From Nitrospinota bacterium (GTDB lineage: Bacteria > UBA8248), in NCBI GenBank assembly GCA_036231405.1, contig JAZAHK010000028.1, forward strand, positions 575 through 64,574: a stretch of 64,000 bases of DNA, written 5' to 3'. Position numbers and translations under genes: made by a program. Shown here piece after piece: positions 22,936 through 34,936 of the stretch. Under the pieces are notes generated by a model. The model made no database searches. It was given only the letters and a program-made list of their open reading frames with translations, and was not told the DNA's origin. The first letter of the stretch is position 1, and the number at the start of each line of letters is the position of its first letter.

Positions 22936-25392
22936 CTAACTCTCTAGTGGATGGTAAGTTAATTCGTTGCCATCAGAAAAATCGTTTTTACTAGCTAACT
23001 TCCTATCTGTATTAATCTTTAGTCTTTTTGACAAAAGACTGTATCTTTGTTTCACGTCTCCATTTCGAACTGCGATCGACATAGCTTTTTTTGTTCCCAC
23101 AAAAACTACGAGTTTCTTTGCTCTGGTCAATGCCGTATAGACCAAGTTTCGTTGTAGCATTGGATAATGTTGCGTGTGTAAAGGAATAATTACTGCAGGG
23201 TATTCGCTTCCTTGACTTTTGTGAACGGTAATCGCAAAAGCATGAGTTAATTCATCAAGTTCGTTGAATGAGTATTCAATTAAATTTGAATCGTATGCAA
23301 TTTTGATATTTGTGTTAGATATGTCGCAACTTTGAATGACGCCTATGTCTCCATTGAAAACATTTTTTTCATAGTTATTTCTGCCCTGTATTAATTTATC
23401 TCCGATTCGAAAAGAACGCTCTCCAATATTGAAACTCTCACTTCCCGTCGAAGGATTCAGAACGTCTTGAAGCAGTATATTTAAATTTTTCACTCCAAGA
23501 GTTCCACGTTGCATTGGGGAGATAACTTGAATTTCATGGATAGGATTAAGGTTGTATTGAATTGGGATACGATTCTTACATAGTTCCATTATTTTGTTGG
23601 CGCAATTTTCAGGGTCTGATTCTTCTATGAAAAGATAATTAGGCATGGCATTATTTTTGAAATCCGTTATTCCTTCAATAGGCGGATTTCCTTCGTTGAT
23701 TCGATGCGCGTTTTGAACGAGTAAACTTTTTTCATTTTGTCTGTAAATTTGCGTAAGTCGAACGACTGTCAAACTGCCGGATTTAATAATATCACTGAGT
23801 ACGTTCCCCGGCCCCACAGAAGGCAACTGATCCACATCTCCAACCATGATCAAAGTACAATTGTCTGGGATTGCTTTAAGCAAACTTGAGGTTAAATAGA
23901 TATCCAACATGGAGGATTCATCTATTATTACACAATCAGCAGTAAGTGGATTAGATGAATCCTTAAGGAAGCCACCAGACCCCCAATCATATTCTAGCAT
24001 CCTATGTATGGTGGTTGCCTTATGGTTCGCAACTTCCGAAAGTCTTTTTGAAGCCCTTCCAGTTGGGGCTCCTAATAAAATTTCTAAACCTAATTCGGTG
24101 TAGAGATTTGTAACCGCCTTGATTACAGTTGTCTTTCCTGTTCCTGGTCCACCGGTTATAACAAGTACCTTGTCCAAAAGGGATTTTTCTATCGCTATAC
24201 TTTGTTCTTTATTTGCTAGTCCTTTTTCTAAAGCTTGTTTCGCATAATTTAATAGTTTCTGATCAGTCGAATTCCCAGACAAACCTCTTTTTTGGATAGC
24301 TAGGTTGATCCTTATAGTGTCTTTTCTATTTTCAAAAAGTATCCGTACACGTTTTGCCACTTCATCTTCAGCAACGTGCAGAGGATGTAAATAGATAGAA
24401 GGATTGTCTTTGTTCTTGTCTAAAGAGATTTGTTTTTCTGTAAAAATCAATTCTCTTTTTTCAAGTTCTTGAATAACGTTGCTAATTTGAAAAATTTCTA
24501 CTCCAAGTAAAGAAGAAGCCTTTGATTCAAGTTCTCTCTGTGGAAGGAGGACATGACCTTCTCTCTCGGAATTTTCTTTCAGTACGAACATTGCCCCTGC
24601 AGCACAACGGGAAGGGTCGTCAAATTTTGTCCCCATACTTAATGCTATTTTATCTGCTGTTTGAAATCCTACGCCAAAGATATCTGAAACAAGGCGATAC
24701 GGATTTTCTTTAAGAATCCGAATAGTATCTGGTCCGTATGTTTGAAAAATTCTCCCTGAAAGATTGATTGGAACATCGTATTTTCTAAGGAAAATCATAA
24801 CTTCTTTCATTTCGCTTTGGGTCTCCCAAGAATCCTTTATTTCTTCGAGTTTTTTTTCTCCTATTCCTGGAATCTTTAGTAATTGTTTTGGATTTTTTTC
24901 CATAACATCTAAAGTTTTTTCCCCAAAAACTTTGATAATTCTTTTGGCTAGAGCAGGTCCTATATTTTTGATGATTCCTGATGAAAGATATTTTTCTATT
25001 TCTTCGGATGTAGTTGGTTTGATTTCTGTATACGAATTTGCCTGTAACTGTTTTCCAAAACGAGGGTGATCCTTCCAATATCCCTGAAATCTGACGCGCT
25101 CGCCAACTTTTATACTGTTTAAACTTCCTACAACTGTAATTGGATCTCTCGTGTCATTGTCAAGTTGGACTATTAAAACAGCAAAACCAGAATCATCAGA
25201 TTGGAAACGGATCCTTTGTACTATTCCGGTTAGGATATTATCTTCATTTTCAAAAAGCTTGTTTTGTGTGTTTTTATCTCTGATTGATGTTTTCTTTTTA
25301 TGGAAATTTTTCAATTCGAGACCTTTAAGAAAGTAGAAATTAGGGCATGAGTGTTTATATTTTATTTTTTGACTCATCCCAAAGGTTCTCAA
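22936..25392 (-). CDS. RecD2-like ATP-dependent DNA helicase (RecD/TraA family, SF1B)
   Basis: Walker A ITGGPGTGKTT. HhH N-terminal region (IPGIGEKKLEEI). 818 aa. Confidence 0.85.
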   Translation of the reverse strand: MRTFGMSQKIKYKHSCPNFYFLKGLELKNFHKKKTSIRDKNTQNKLFENEDNILTGIVQRIRFQSDDSGFAVLIVQLDNDTRDPITVVGSLNSIKVGERVRFQGYWKDHPRFGKQLQANSYTEIKPTTSEEIEKYLSSGIIKNIGPALAKRIIKVFGEKTLDVMEKNPKQLLKIPGIGEKKLEEIKDSWETQSEMKEVMIFLRKYDVPINLSGRIFQTYGPDTIRILKENPYRLVSDIFGVGFQTADKIALSMGTKFDDPSRCAAGAMFVLKENSEREGHVLLPQRELESKASSLLGVEIFQISNVIQELEKRELIFTEKQISLDKNKDNPSIYLHPLHVAEDEVAKRVRILFENRKDTIRINLAIQKRGLSGNSTDQKLLNYAKQALEKGLANKEQSIAIEKSLLDKVLVITGGPGTGKTTVIKAVTNLYTELGLEILLGAPTGRASKRLSEVANHKATTIHRMLEYDWGSGGFLKDSSNPLTADCVIIDESSMLDIYLTSSLLKAIPDNCTLIMVGDVDQLPSVGPGNVLSDIIKSGSLTVVRLTQIYRQNEKSLLVQNAHRINEGNPPIEGITDFKNNAMPNYLFIEESDPENCANKIMELCKNRIPIQYNLNPIHEIQVISPMQRGTLGVKNLNILLQDVLNPSTGSESFNIGERSFRIGDKLIQGRNNYEKNVFNGDIGVIQSCDISNTNIKIAYDSNLIEYSFNELDELTHAFAITVHKSQGSEYPAVIIPLHTQHYPMLQRNLVYTALTRAKKLVVFVGTKKAMSIAVRNGDVKQRYSLLSKRLKINTDRKLASKNDFSDGNELTYHPLES

Positions 25393-26143
25393 GTTTTTCT
25401 ATTGAAACTTTTTCTGGAGAGAGTCCCTCTTCGTCAAGTTTTTCTTCAATATAATGGAAACGTTTAGTGAATTTGATTGAACTTTTTTTTATTGATTCTT
25501 CAGCATTCAATCCTAATTTTCTTGCTAAATTTACAACCGAGAAAAGAAGATCTCCTAATTCATTTTCTATTGTTCTTCTGTCTTGTAATCCAATTGCTTT
25601 TTTAAGTTCCACAAGTTCCTCTTTAATTTTATTTTCAGGTCCCTCTGAATCCTTCCAGTCGAAGCCTACCCGTGATGCTTTATCTTGAAGCCTTTCTGCC
25701 TGTTGTAGGCCAGGCATTGATTTTGGAACGCCGTCTAAAATAGAATTTTTTTCTTTTTTCGAGTTTCTTTCGTTACGTTTTTTTACTTCCCAATTTTGTA
25801 AGATAGTATTTGCGTTATTTTCTTTTAGTTCTTTAAACACATGCGGATGTCTATCTATCAATTTTTTTGAGAGAAAATCTACAACATCAAACATATCGAA
25901 TTTTCCTTTTTCAGAAGCAATTTGCGAATGAAAAACTACTTGCAAAAAAAGATCTCCCAATTCTTCCTTTAAAAGTTCTGGGTCTGATGAATCTATAGCT
26001 TCTATCACTTCGTATACCTCTTCGATTAGATAGGGTTTTAAACTCTCATGGTCCTGTTTCATATCCCAAGGACAACCATCATCGGAACGAAGTTTTGACA
26101 TTACCTGGATTACTCTTTTCAATGGATCAGTTTCTTTTTTCAA
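25355..26143 (-). CDS. mazG: nucleoside triphosphate pyrophosphohydrolase
   Basis: Tandem MazG EExxE motifs (LIEEVYEVIEAID ... EELGDLLF). Confidence 0.85.
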   Translation of the reverse strand: MKKETDPLKRVIQVMSKLRSDDGCPWDMKQDHESLKPYLIEEVYEVIEAIDSSDPELLKEELGDLFLQVVFHSQIASEKGKFDMFDVVDFLSKKLIDRHPHVFKELKENNANTILQNWEVKKRNERNSKKEKNSILDGVPKSMPGLQQAERLQDKASRVGFDWKDSEGPENKIKEELVELKKAIGLQDRRTIENELGDLLFSVVNLARKLGLNAEESIKKSSIKFTKRFHYIEEKLDEEGLSPEKVSIEKLENLWDESKNKI

Positions 26144-26320
26144 TTTTCCTCCATGTTTATGTCTCAGTAATTCACTTATAACATACTATCGCTTTTCTTT
26201 GCTATTTTGAAAATTTTTCTATGTATAAATATCCCTACATATACAAAATGTAGTGGTATGTGATTGACAATGGCACAATATTCAGTGATTATAGCTTTTA
26301 GTTAATTTAAAGGAAAATCT

Positions 26321-28177
26321 ATGGGAACTCGTAGCATTATTCGCATTTTGCCAGAAAATGTTTCCAACCAAATTGCAGCTGGTGAAGTTGTACAGAGACC
26401 AGCATCGATAGTAAAAGAATTGGTTGAAAATAGTCTGGATGCAGGTGCAAAAAGAATTTCAATATTTCTGAAGTCAGGAGGCAGGAGAGGTATTTCTGTT
26501 GTTGATGATGGAATTGGAATGTCGAGAGATGACGCACTTCTTTCTTTAGAACGTCACGCAACTAGCAAAATAAGTACTGAAATTGATTTGCATAATATCG
26601 CAACGATGGGTTTTCGTGGTGAAGCGCTTCCAAGTATTTCTTCTGTGTCTAAAGTAACCTTGAAAACAAAGCGGGAAGTTGAAGAGGACGGTACTGAAAT
26701 TCGAATTGAGGGAGGACGTATTCTCAAAGTTAGTGAAGTCGGTATTCCTTTAGGTACTGAGATAGAAGTATCTTCCCTTTTCTATAATTTGCCAGCCCGT
26801 AGAAAATTTTTAAAGAGAAGAGAAACTGAATTTGCTCGTTGTTCGGAAATTGTAAATAGATTGTCTCTTTCGAGACCAGATGTTGGATTTCGATTTTTTC
26901 ATGATGATAGAAAAATTTTAGATTTAGGTAAAGATATGGATCGTTTTGAGAGACTTTCTTCACTTTTAGGGAAAGAGACACTTCCATTCTTAATAGAGTT
27001 GCCGGATTCTGGAAAAGGGGAAGATCTTTCTTTCTCTGGTTGGACGAGTGCTCCTGTGATTAATCGTTCAAACAGAAATTCTCAGTATTTATTTGTTAAC
27101 GGTAGAGCGGTTCGTGATCGTCTTCTTTCTCACGCTGTTTTTGAAGCCTACCGTAGTTTTCTTCCATTGAAGCGTTTCCCACTGTATTGTTTTTTTATAG
27201 ACTTGCCCTGTGGAGATGTAGATGTAAACGTGCACCCTGCAAAAGAGGAGGTGCGTTTTAGAAATCCTTCCGAGATTTATGAAACATTACGTAACTTGAT
27301 TGTTTCTTCACTAGAGGCAAAAGCTTCTCCAAGAAAACAATTCAGGCAATTTGCGTCCGTTAGTATGCGAGAGGATACCAGCTATGACCATGGCACAGCT
27401 GTAGTCGAACCCAAACATGAACCCTTGCTTACAAGGGGAGGATACTTCAAAACAGAAAATTCTCTTCCTAATACGGATTTTGTGCCTGAGCAAAGTCAGC
27501 AAAGTACCTCTGATGTTTTGAAAGAACCTTCCGAAGAAAGCAATGAATTCAGTTATGAATCATTTCTTGAGCCACCTCATCCTAAAGACCCAGTGATTCT
27601 TAGTCAGTCCAGGTATCTTGGCCAATGGAGAGGTTGTTTTTTAATGTTTGCTGCAAAACAGGGTCTTGTTTTTGTAGATCAGCATGCTGCCCATGAACGA
27701 GTTCTATATAATAAATTTAGACATCAGTTTCGTGATAGTAACGTTGAGAGTCAAGGATTACTTGTTCCACATGAGATGTCATTTAATCCAGAGGAATCCG
27801 CCTGTATTGAAGTCCATAAAGAGACTTTATTACGTTCTGGTTTTTCAATTGAAATGGTAGGTCCCGGTGAGTTTTTTATTCATTCGATGCCTGCCTTATT
27901 GAAGAATCAAGATCCCTCAGAAGTGATTCGCACAGTTGTCGAAAATCTCAGTCGTTCAGAGGGACCCATCAGTTTCCCAGATATGATAGATGGAATCATT
28001 GCACGTATGAGTTGTCGTAGATCGGTCAAAGCTGAAAAAATAATGCACGCAGAAGAAGTTTCTTCCTTGATCGACTCTTTAGAAAAGACCCCTGCACAGT
28101 GGACATGTCCACACGGAAGGCCTCTAATGTTGGTATTGAGTGAATCCCTCGTGAGAAAAAAATTTTTACGTACATAG
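26321..28177 (+). CDS. mutL: DNA mismatch repair protein MutL
   Basis: IRILPENVSNQIAAGEVVQRPASIVKELVENSLDAGA GHKL ATPase N-terminus. Confidence 0.95.
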   Translation: MGTRSIIRILPENVSNQIAAGEVVQRPASIVKELVENSLDAGAKRISIFLKSGGRRGISVVDDGIGMSRDDALLSLERHATSKISTEIDLHNIATMGFRGEALPSISSVSKVTLKTKREVEEDGTEIRIEGGRILKVSEVGIPLGTEIEVSSLFYNLPARRKFLKRRETEFARCSEIVNRLSLSRPDVGFRFFHDDRKILDLGKDMDRFERLSSLLGKETLPFLIELPDSGKGEDLSFSGWTSAPVINRSNRNSQYLFVNGRAVRDRLLSHAVFEAYRSFLPLKRFPLYCFFIDLPCGDVDVNVHPAKEEVRFRNPSEIYETLRNLIVSSLEAKASPRKQFRQFASVSMREDTSYDHGTAVVEPKHEPLLTRGGYFKTENSLPNTDFVPEQSQQSTSDVLKEPSEESNEFSYESFLEPPHPKDPVILSQSRYLGQWRGCFLMFAAKQGLVFVDQHAAHERVLYNKFRHQFRDSNVESQGLLVPHEMSFNPEESACIEVHKETLLRSGFSIEMVGPGEFFIHSMPALLKNQDPSEVIRTVVENLSRSEGPISFPDMIDGIIARMSCRRSVKAEKIMHAEEVSSLIDSLEKTPAQWTCPHGRPLMLVLSESLVRKKFLRT

Positions 28178-28206
28178 TTTCTTGACACTTTCGTTTTACC
28201 GCATAA

Positions 28207-29754
<1,548 letters not shown>

Positions 29755-29784
29755 GGCAAAATTGGTTATGGGAGTGTTTCTACA

Positions 29785-31320
29785 TTGCGAGAACACATAC
29801 TTATAGTAGATTTTGGTTCCCAGTATACACAGCTCATCGCTCGACGTGTCCGTGAGATGAATGTCTATTCACAGATACAACCTTGTACGGCCAATCTTTT
29901 TCATCTCATTGAGGTAAGTACAAAAGGGATTATTCTTTCAGGAGGTCCATCGAGTGTTTATGAAGAAGACGCTCCGCTTGTAGATAAGAAATTATTTGAG
30001 AAAGAGATACCGATTCTCGGTGTTTGTTACGGTATGCAACTTATGACTCATTTGCTTGGAGGAAGTGTACTACCTGTAGAAAACCGTGAGTACGGAAGAG
30101 CTAAACTTGCGATTGATAAAATGGAAGGTATCTTCACGGATATCCCAACCGATGAAACGGTTTGGATGAGTCACGGGGATGCCATTGAGATCCCTCCTGA
30201 GGGATTTGAATCTATAGCACACTCACAAAATTCCAAAGTGGCCGCGATTGCCTCAAAATCTGGGAAACAATTTGGGATTCAATTTCATCCTGAAGTAGTT
30301 CACACAACATTCGGAAAACAAATCTTGAAAAACTTTGTATCTGGTGTATGTAGTTGCCAACCTACATGGACGCCCCGTTCTTTCGTCGAAGATGCTATCG
30401 AGGAAATTCAGAAAAAAGTAGGGGATGGAAATGTAATATGCGGCCTTTCTGGGGGAGTGGATTCTTCAGTTACTGCAATGTTGGTACACCGCGCGATTGG
30501 TGATCGTTTGACCTGCGTATTTGTAGACAATGGATGCTTGAGAAAAGGTGAGGCAAAAGAGGTTGTTGACTTGTTCGGAAAAGAATTAGGAGTAAACCTT
30601 CAATTTGCCGATGAAAAGGATCTTTTTTATGAAAAACTTTCGGGAGTAACCGATCCTGAAGAAAAAAGAAAAATGATAGGAGAAACTTTTATTCGTGTTT
30701 TTGAAAGAGAAGCGAAAGAAATAGGGGAAGTGAAGTATTTAGCACAAGGAACGCTGTATCCAGATGTGATAGAGAGTGTTTCTTTTAAAGGTCCCTCTGT
30801 CACCATTAAAAGTCATCACAATGTGGGTGGACTCCCAGAACATATGGATCTTGATGTGCTGGAACCACTGCGTGAGTTGTTTAAAGATGAAGTGCGTTCT
30901 GTGGGAAAAGAACTGGGATTATCAGAAAAGCTTTTATGGAGGCATCCTTTCCCTGGCCCAGGGCTTGCTGTCAGAATTTTAGGTGAAATTACAAAAGAGA
31001 GAGTGGTTGTTTTACAGGAAGCAGATTACATTTTTATTGAAGAACTACGAAATTCCAATTTATACGAAAAAGTTTGGCAGGCCTTTGCTGTTCTTCTTCC
31101 TGTAAATACAGTAGGGGTGATGGGAGATTCTAGAACGTATGAAAATGCGCTCGTTCTTAGAGCGGTTACAAGCCAAGACGGGATGACGGCCGATTGGGCG
31201 CACCTTCCGCATGAATTTCTTGCAGATGTTTCTAATCGTATCATCAATGAAGTTCCTGGAATTAATCGTGTAGCGTACGATGTTTCGTCAAAGCCTCCTG
31301 CTACGATAGAGTGGGAATAG
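29785..31320 (+). CDS. guaA: GMP synthase (glutamine-hydrolysing)
   Basis: ILGVCYGMQ GATase motif and the [10 protein letters not shown]-loop. Confidence 0.95.
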   Translation: MREHILIVDFGSQYTQLIARRVREMNVYSQIQPCTANLFHLIEVSTKGIILSGGPSSVYEEDAPLVDKKLFEKEIPILGVCYGMQLMTHLLGGSVLPVENREYGRAKLAIDKMEGIFTDIPTDETVWMSHGDAIEIPPEGFESIAHSQNSKVAAIASKSGKQFGIQFHPEVVHTTFGKQILKNFVSGVCSCQPTWTPRSFVEDAIEEIQKKVGDGNVICGLSGGVDSSVTAMLVHRAIGDRLTCVFVDNGCLRKGEAKEVVDLFGKELGVNLQFADEKDLFYEKLSGVTDPEEKRKMIGETFIRVFEREAKEIGEVKYLAQGTLYPDVIESVSFKGPSVTIKSHHNVGGLPEHMDLDVLEPLRELFKDEVRSVGKELGLSEKLLWRHPFPGPGLAVRILGEITKERVVVLQEADYIFIEELRNSNLYEKVWQAFAVLLPVNTVGVMGDSRTYENALVLRAVTSQDGMTADWAHLPHEFLADVSNRIINEVPGINRVAYDVSSKPPATIEWE

Positions 31321-31557
31321 TAGCAGCAAAGAAAATCTCAACAAAAACAATCACTTACAGACATTAATGGTTTGCATACTACTTACATACTGTCTAATGA
31401 TTTCAATAGTTTAAGTTTTTTACTTACATACTATTGATACTATTGTAAAGAGTAGTCGCAGTTGAGAGGAAAACTCTCCAGAACACAGTTTTTACGAAAT
31501 CTGATAGTTACATACAAAGATTTTATTTCTTATCCAACGACTACGAACTAATCTTCA

Positions 31558-31680
31558 AATAACTACCTTAAGATAGAGATATCCAATAAGTGCCAAAACA
31601 ACAATACGTTCATAATACAGTTTCTTTTTAGATGTTTCAGATTCTTCTTCTAACTTCTTCACTCTTTCTTCTAACTCCAT
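31558..31680 (-). CDS. small ORF (41 aa): charged helical N-terminus plus C-terminal TM segment. Hypothetical.
   Basis: Manual minus-strand translation MELEERVKKLEEESETSKKKLYYERIVVLALIGYLYLKVVI*. A strong GGAGGG RBS lies 4-5 nt upstream of the ATG. It is absent from the ORF track because it is shorter than 60 aa. Confidence 0.4.
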
Positions 31681-31880
31681 AGTTCCCTCCAGAAAGTGAT
31701 TAGATAGAACTACGATACCACAATCCCTTTTCAGTTTCCTTTTAGAATGATTTATTACCTGCAGAACTTACAAAAGAAATGAAGTTCTCAGACTGAGACA
31801 TTTCATGCTGTGTAGGTTAATTTAAATTTTTTTCATTTCTGCTACAATATAGAAAAATAATTTTATAAAGGATTCCCACC

Positions 31881-32303
31881 ATGCACTCTTTGAGACCGTG
31901 TTTGACTGTGTTCGCCATTGTGTTCGCACTGTGCATCGGTGCAACACAGAGTGCGGAAGGGTATGACATAAACATTAAAAAAGGTTTGGAGAGACTAAAG
32001 ACAACAAAAAATTGTCCTAAATGTGATCTGCGTCAGGCAGACCTAGAAGATGCAGACCTGCGTGGTGCAAACCTGACTGGTGCGGACCTGAGTGGTACAG
32101 ACCTGAGTTATACAAACCTGAAAGATGCAAACCTGCGTGGTGCAAACCTGTCTGGTGTGAAAGTTACTAATACAAATTGGACTGGTGCAAAGGGAGTCGA
32201 GGAAATAGGGAGAGAGCAGGAGAGACTGGCAAGAGAAGCAAGAGAAACAAAAGAGAGACTGGCAAGAGAAGAAAAAGAGAGAAAAGAGAATATTGCAGAA
32301 TGA
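31881..32303 (+). CDS. secreted pentapeptide-repeat protein with K/E/R-rich repeated C-terminal tail
   Basis: Signal peptide [25 protein letters not shown], then tandem A(D/N)LxG pentapeptides ([40 protein letters not shown]), then a duplicated ERLAREA/ERLAREE tail. Confidence 0.75.
   Translation: MHSLRPCLTVFAIVFALCIGATQSAEGYDINIKKGLERLKTTKNCPKCDLRQADLEDADLRGANLTGADLSGTDLSYTNLKDANLRGANLSGVKVTNTNWTGAKGVEEIGREQERLAREARETKERLAREEKERKENIAE
32020..32165. repeat. tandem 15-bp coding repeats (pentapeptide-repeat codons, gcagacctg/gcaaacctg units)
   Basis: Visible direct repetition of (g)c(a/g)(a/g)acctg(a/c)(g/c)t ggt units. This explains the many low-complexity antisense ORFs at 32043..32520. Confidence 0.8.
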
Positions 32304-32464
32304 ATAAAGCGAGTGAGCGGAAAATAGAAATTCTCGAAATTCTTTCGGAAGGGTGCCGAAAACATCCCGCATATCGTGCGCGTCGACCTGCTACAGGACG
32401 GTGCGAAGAGTGCGTTGTAGTATGGAATGCTCGATTTGAGTTGAAGGAAATGTCTGACAGATAG
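32300..32464 (+). CDS. small Cys-containing protein (54 aa), ATGA-coupled to the pentapeptide-repeat gene. Hypothetical.
   Basis: The ATG at 32300 overlaps the TGA stop (32301..32303) of the upstream gene. Translation is [56 protein letters not shown] content is about 60%. The ORF track shows a longer alternate-frame extension. Confidence 0.4.
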   Translation: MNKASERKIEILEILSEGCRKHPAYRARRPATGRCEECVVVWNARFELKEMSDR

Positions 32465-32555
32465 TGATTCATCATCTGTGTTGGTGTTGAGTAATGTGCC
32501 CAGGAACTATTGATTTGCATAGTCCCCGTAGATTCAAACTAAGGATACTAATGCT

Positions 32556-34739
32556 ATGACGCCATCAGAAAAAATTATTGATAAAGCCATTAAACAAGGA
32601 CGAAATACCCTCACTGAAGTTGAGGGGAAAGCACTTTTATCTAAATTTGGTATCACTGTTCCTCGTTCTGGAGTTATCAGGCTTGGTGAGGATATAGAAT
32701 CATCCTTACAGGAATTAAAACCGCCACTAGCAGTAAAAGTACTTTCTTCTGAAATAATGCATAAGAGTGAAACTGGCGGTGTTAGGTTAAGCCTGATGTC
32801 AGCGACTGAGGTAGCTAAATCAATAGAAGAAATGTCAGTATTGCCAGATATAAAAAATAAGGCGCTCGACGGATTTCTAGTTGAAGAGATGGTGGCAAAT
32901 CCAGGAAAGGAGCTTGTAATTGGAGGCCTCCACGATAAGCAATTTGGCACAATGATAATGGTCGGTCTTGGTGGGATTTTTGTAGAGATACTCAAGGACA
33001 TATCTTTTCGGCTCTGCCCCATTAATCGAGACGACGCACACTCGATGTTAGAAGAATTAAAAGGTAAACCGATCCTAGAAGGTGTTAGAGGCGAAAGCAG
33101 TGTTTCGATTAAATCGATCGTTGATTTGTTACTAAAGTTCGGTGGGAAAGATGGACTTTTAATGCAAAACAGTGGTGCTATTTCCGAATTCGATCTCAAT
33201 CCCGTAATTGTCAGTTCTGATAAAGCAGTAGCTGTCGATGCAACTGCTGTATTGTTTAGAGAAAACAAATTACAAACCGATATACCTAGAGATAAAAACA
33301 CTAGTGCTGTTGATATATTTGGTCCTCTGTTCAAACCTAAAACAATAGCAGTTGTCGGCGCCTCGACAACCACAATTATCATAGCCAATACTTTTATACG
33401 GCGCATGAAAGCTTTCGGATATCCCGGAGAAATTTATCCAATCCACCCAAAGGCATCGGAAGTAGAAGGTCTGCCAGCTTATAAAAGTTTGGGAGAAACA
33501 CCAAAAAAAATTGATTATGCCTATATTGCAACCCGAGCTGATCGTATCCCAGAGTTAATTGGTGCTGCAAAAGGGAATGTGAAATTTGCTCAAGTCATCT
33601 CAAGCGGTTTTCGAGAAGTACATGAAGGGATTGCCCTTGAAGCCAACCTTGTTACCAAAGCCAAAGAAGCTGGGTGTCGGCTAATTGGACCAAATTGTCT
33701 GGGAATATATTCGCCACGCGGTGGTGTGACTTTTCCTGTAGATGCACCAAAAGAACTAGGATCCGTTGGTGTTGTAACACAGAGCGGTGGACTAGGCACT
33801 GATATTATAAAACGTGGCCAATCACGCGGGCTGCGTTTCAGTGGTTTTGTTACCGTCGGTAATTGCGCGGACATAGGTCCTGCAGACCTACTTGAGTTTT
33901 ATCTTGAAGACAAAGTAACTTCTGTAATTGGGTTTTATCTTGAAGATATAGGTGATGGTCGACGCTTTTTTGAATTGCTGCACAATAGCAAAACCGCAAA
34001 ACCGGTCATCATTATGAAAGGTGGCAGGTCAGAACTGGGCCGTATAGCTGCCGCATCTCACACCGGTGCACTCGCTGATAATATGGCAGCTTGGAGAGCG
34101 CTTGCACTGCAAACACCTTGTGCTTTAGTCGAAACTGTAGATCAATTTATAAATTCATTACTCGCTTTGCAGCAACTTAAACCTAGGCCTAAAAGACCAA
34201 CGAAAAGAGTTGTTTTATTTGGTAATGGAGGCGGCACTAGTGTATTAGCTACAGATTTTTTCGCCGAACAAGATCTCGAAGTAATGCCATTTGAGCTAGA
34301 CACAAAAGAAAAACTAGAGGCTTTACAATTGCCACCGGGCACTAGTGTTGCAAATCCAATCGACACACCTGTCAGAACTTTGCAACTGGAAGAGGGCCGT
34401 GTCGCGGATCGGATATTAAACATTGTTTATCAAAGTGCTAAACCAGATGCTGTGGTAATGCACTTGAATCTTACCGCATTTATAGGACGAGGAGATATAG
34501 ATCCCATAGAAAATTTATTTCAAGTTGCAGTCAATATTAATACAAAATTCCCCAATCAAACACACTTTGTCCTTGCTCTTCGTTCGGATGGATCGGCTGA
34601 AGTGGATGATCGCAAACGTCTCTATTGGGATCGTGCTCTGGAAAATGGAATGCCAGTATTTGATGAATTGCCAGATGCCGCTTACGCACTTTCTACTCTA
34701 AGCCACATTGAACAGAATTTGTTTAAAGCTGGAAATTAA
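32556..34739 (+). CDS. NDP-forming acyl-CoA synthetase family protein, fused ATP-grasp (N-terminal) and CoA-binding (C-terminal) domains
   Basis: N-terminal LTEVEGKALLSKFGITVP ATP-grasp region. C-terminal KPKTIAVVGAS...GYPGEIYPIHPK CoA-binding region and NCLGIYSP ligase-CoA region. Confidence 0.75.
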   Translation: MTPSEKIIDKAIKQGRNTLTEVEGKALLSKFGITVPRSGVIRLGEDIESSLQELKPPLAVKVLSSEIMHKSETGGVRLSLMSATEVAKSIEEMSVLPDIKNKALDGFLVEEMVANPGKELVIGGLHDKQFGTMIMVGLGGIFVEILKDISFRLCPINRDDAHSMLEELKGKPILEGVRGESSVSIKSIVDLLLKFGGKDGLLMQNSGAISEFDLNPVIVSSDKAVAVDATAVLFRENKLQTDIPRDKNTSAVDIFGPLFKPKTIAVVGASTTTIIIANTFIRRMKAFGYPGEIYPIHPKASEVEGLPAYKSLGETPKKIDYAYIATRADRIPELIGAAKGNVKFAQVISSGFREVHEGIALEANLVTKAKEAGCRLIGPNCLGIYSPRGGVTFPVDAPKELGSVGVVTQSGGLGTDIIKRGQSRGLRFSGFVTVGNCADIGPADLLEFYLEDKVTSVIGFYLEDIGDGRRFFELLHNSKTAKPVIIMKGGRSELGRIAAASHTGALADNMAAWRALALQTPCALVETVDQFINSLLALQQLKPRPKRPTKRVVLFGNGGGTSVLATDFFAEQDLEVMPFELDTKEKLEALQLPPGTSVANPIDTPVRTLQLEEGRVADRILNIVYQSAKPDAVVMHLNLTAFIGRGDIDPIENLFQVAVNINTKFPNQTHFVLALRSDGSAEVDDRKRLYWDRALENGMPVFDELPDAAYALSTLSHIEQNLFKAGN

Positions 34740-34936
34740 AAACCTGCCCGTATCTCTTCATTCGTGACAGTCGGTCCCTTCCCAACTAGTGTTGTACGGA
34801 GCACTGCAACGGTCAATCCTCTGGCTAAAACCGAGATAGATAATCGCAGGCTATTTCCGCTGTCGCTGATCGGTGATAGACTGGGGGTAGAAATTGAACA
34901 TCGGCAACGCGCGTCGAAATAGGGAGGAAGCGGGGT

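Noticed and set aside
32020-32165. Short tandem DNA repeats that could superficially resemble a mini CRISPR/VNTR array
   Set aside because: The units are 15 bp, contiguous with no spacers, and in frame inside a CDS encoding pentapeptide repeats.
32043-32520. Cluster of minus-strand ORFs (109, 85, 117 aa) and the long plus-strand ORF 32177..32464
   Set aside because: They overlap the pentapeptide-repeat gene in a region of 15-bp tandem repeats and a duplicated K/E/R tail. They are low-complexity translations (runs of L/S/F or K/R/E) and are frame artefacts of the repeats. Only the ATG at 32300 is kept as a possible small gene.
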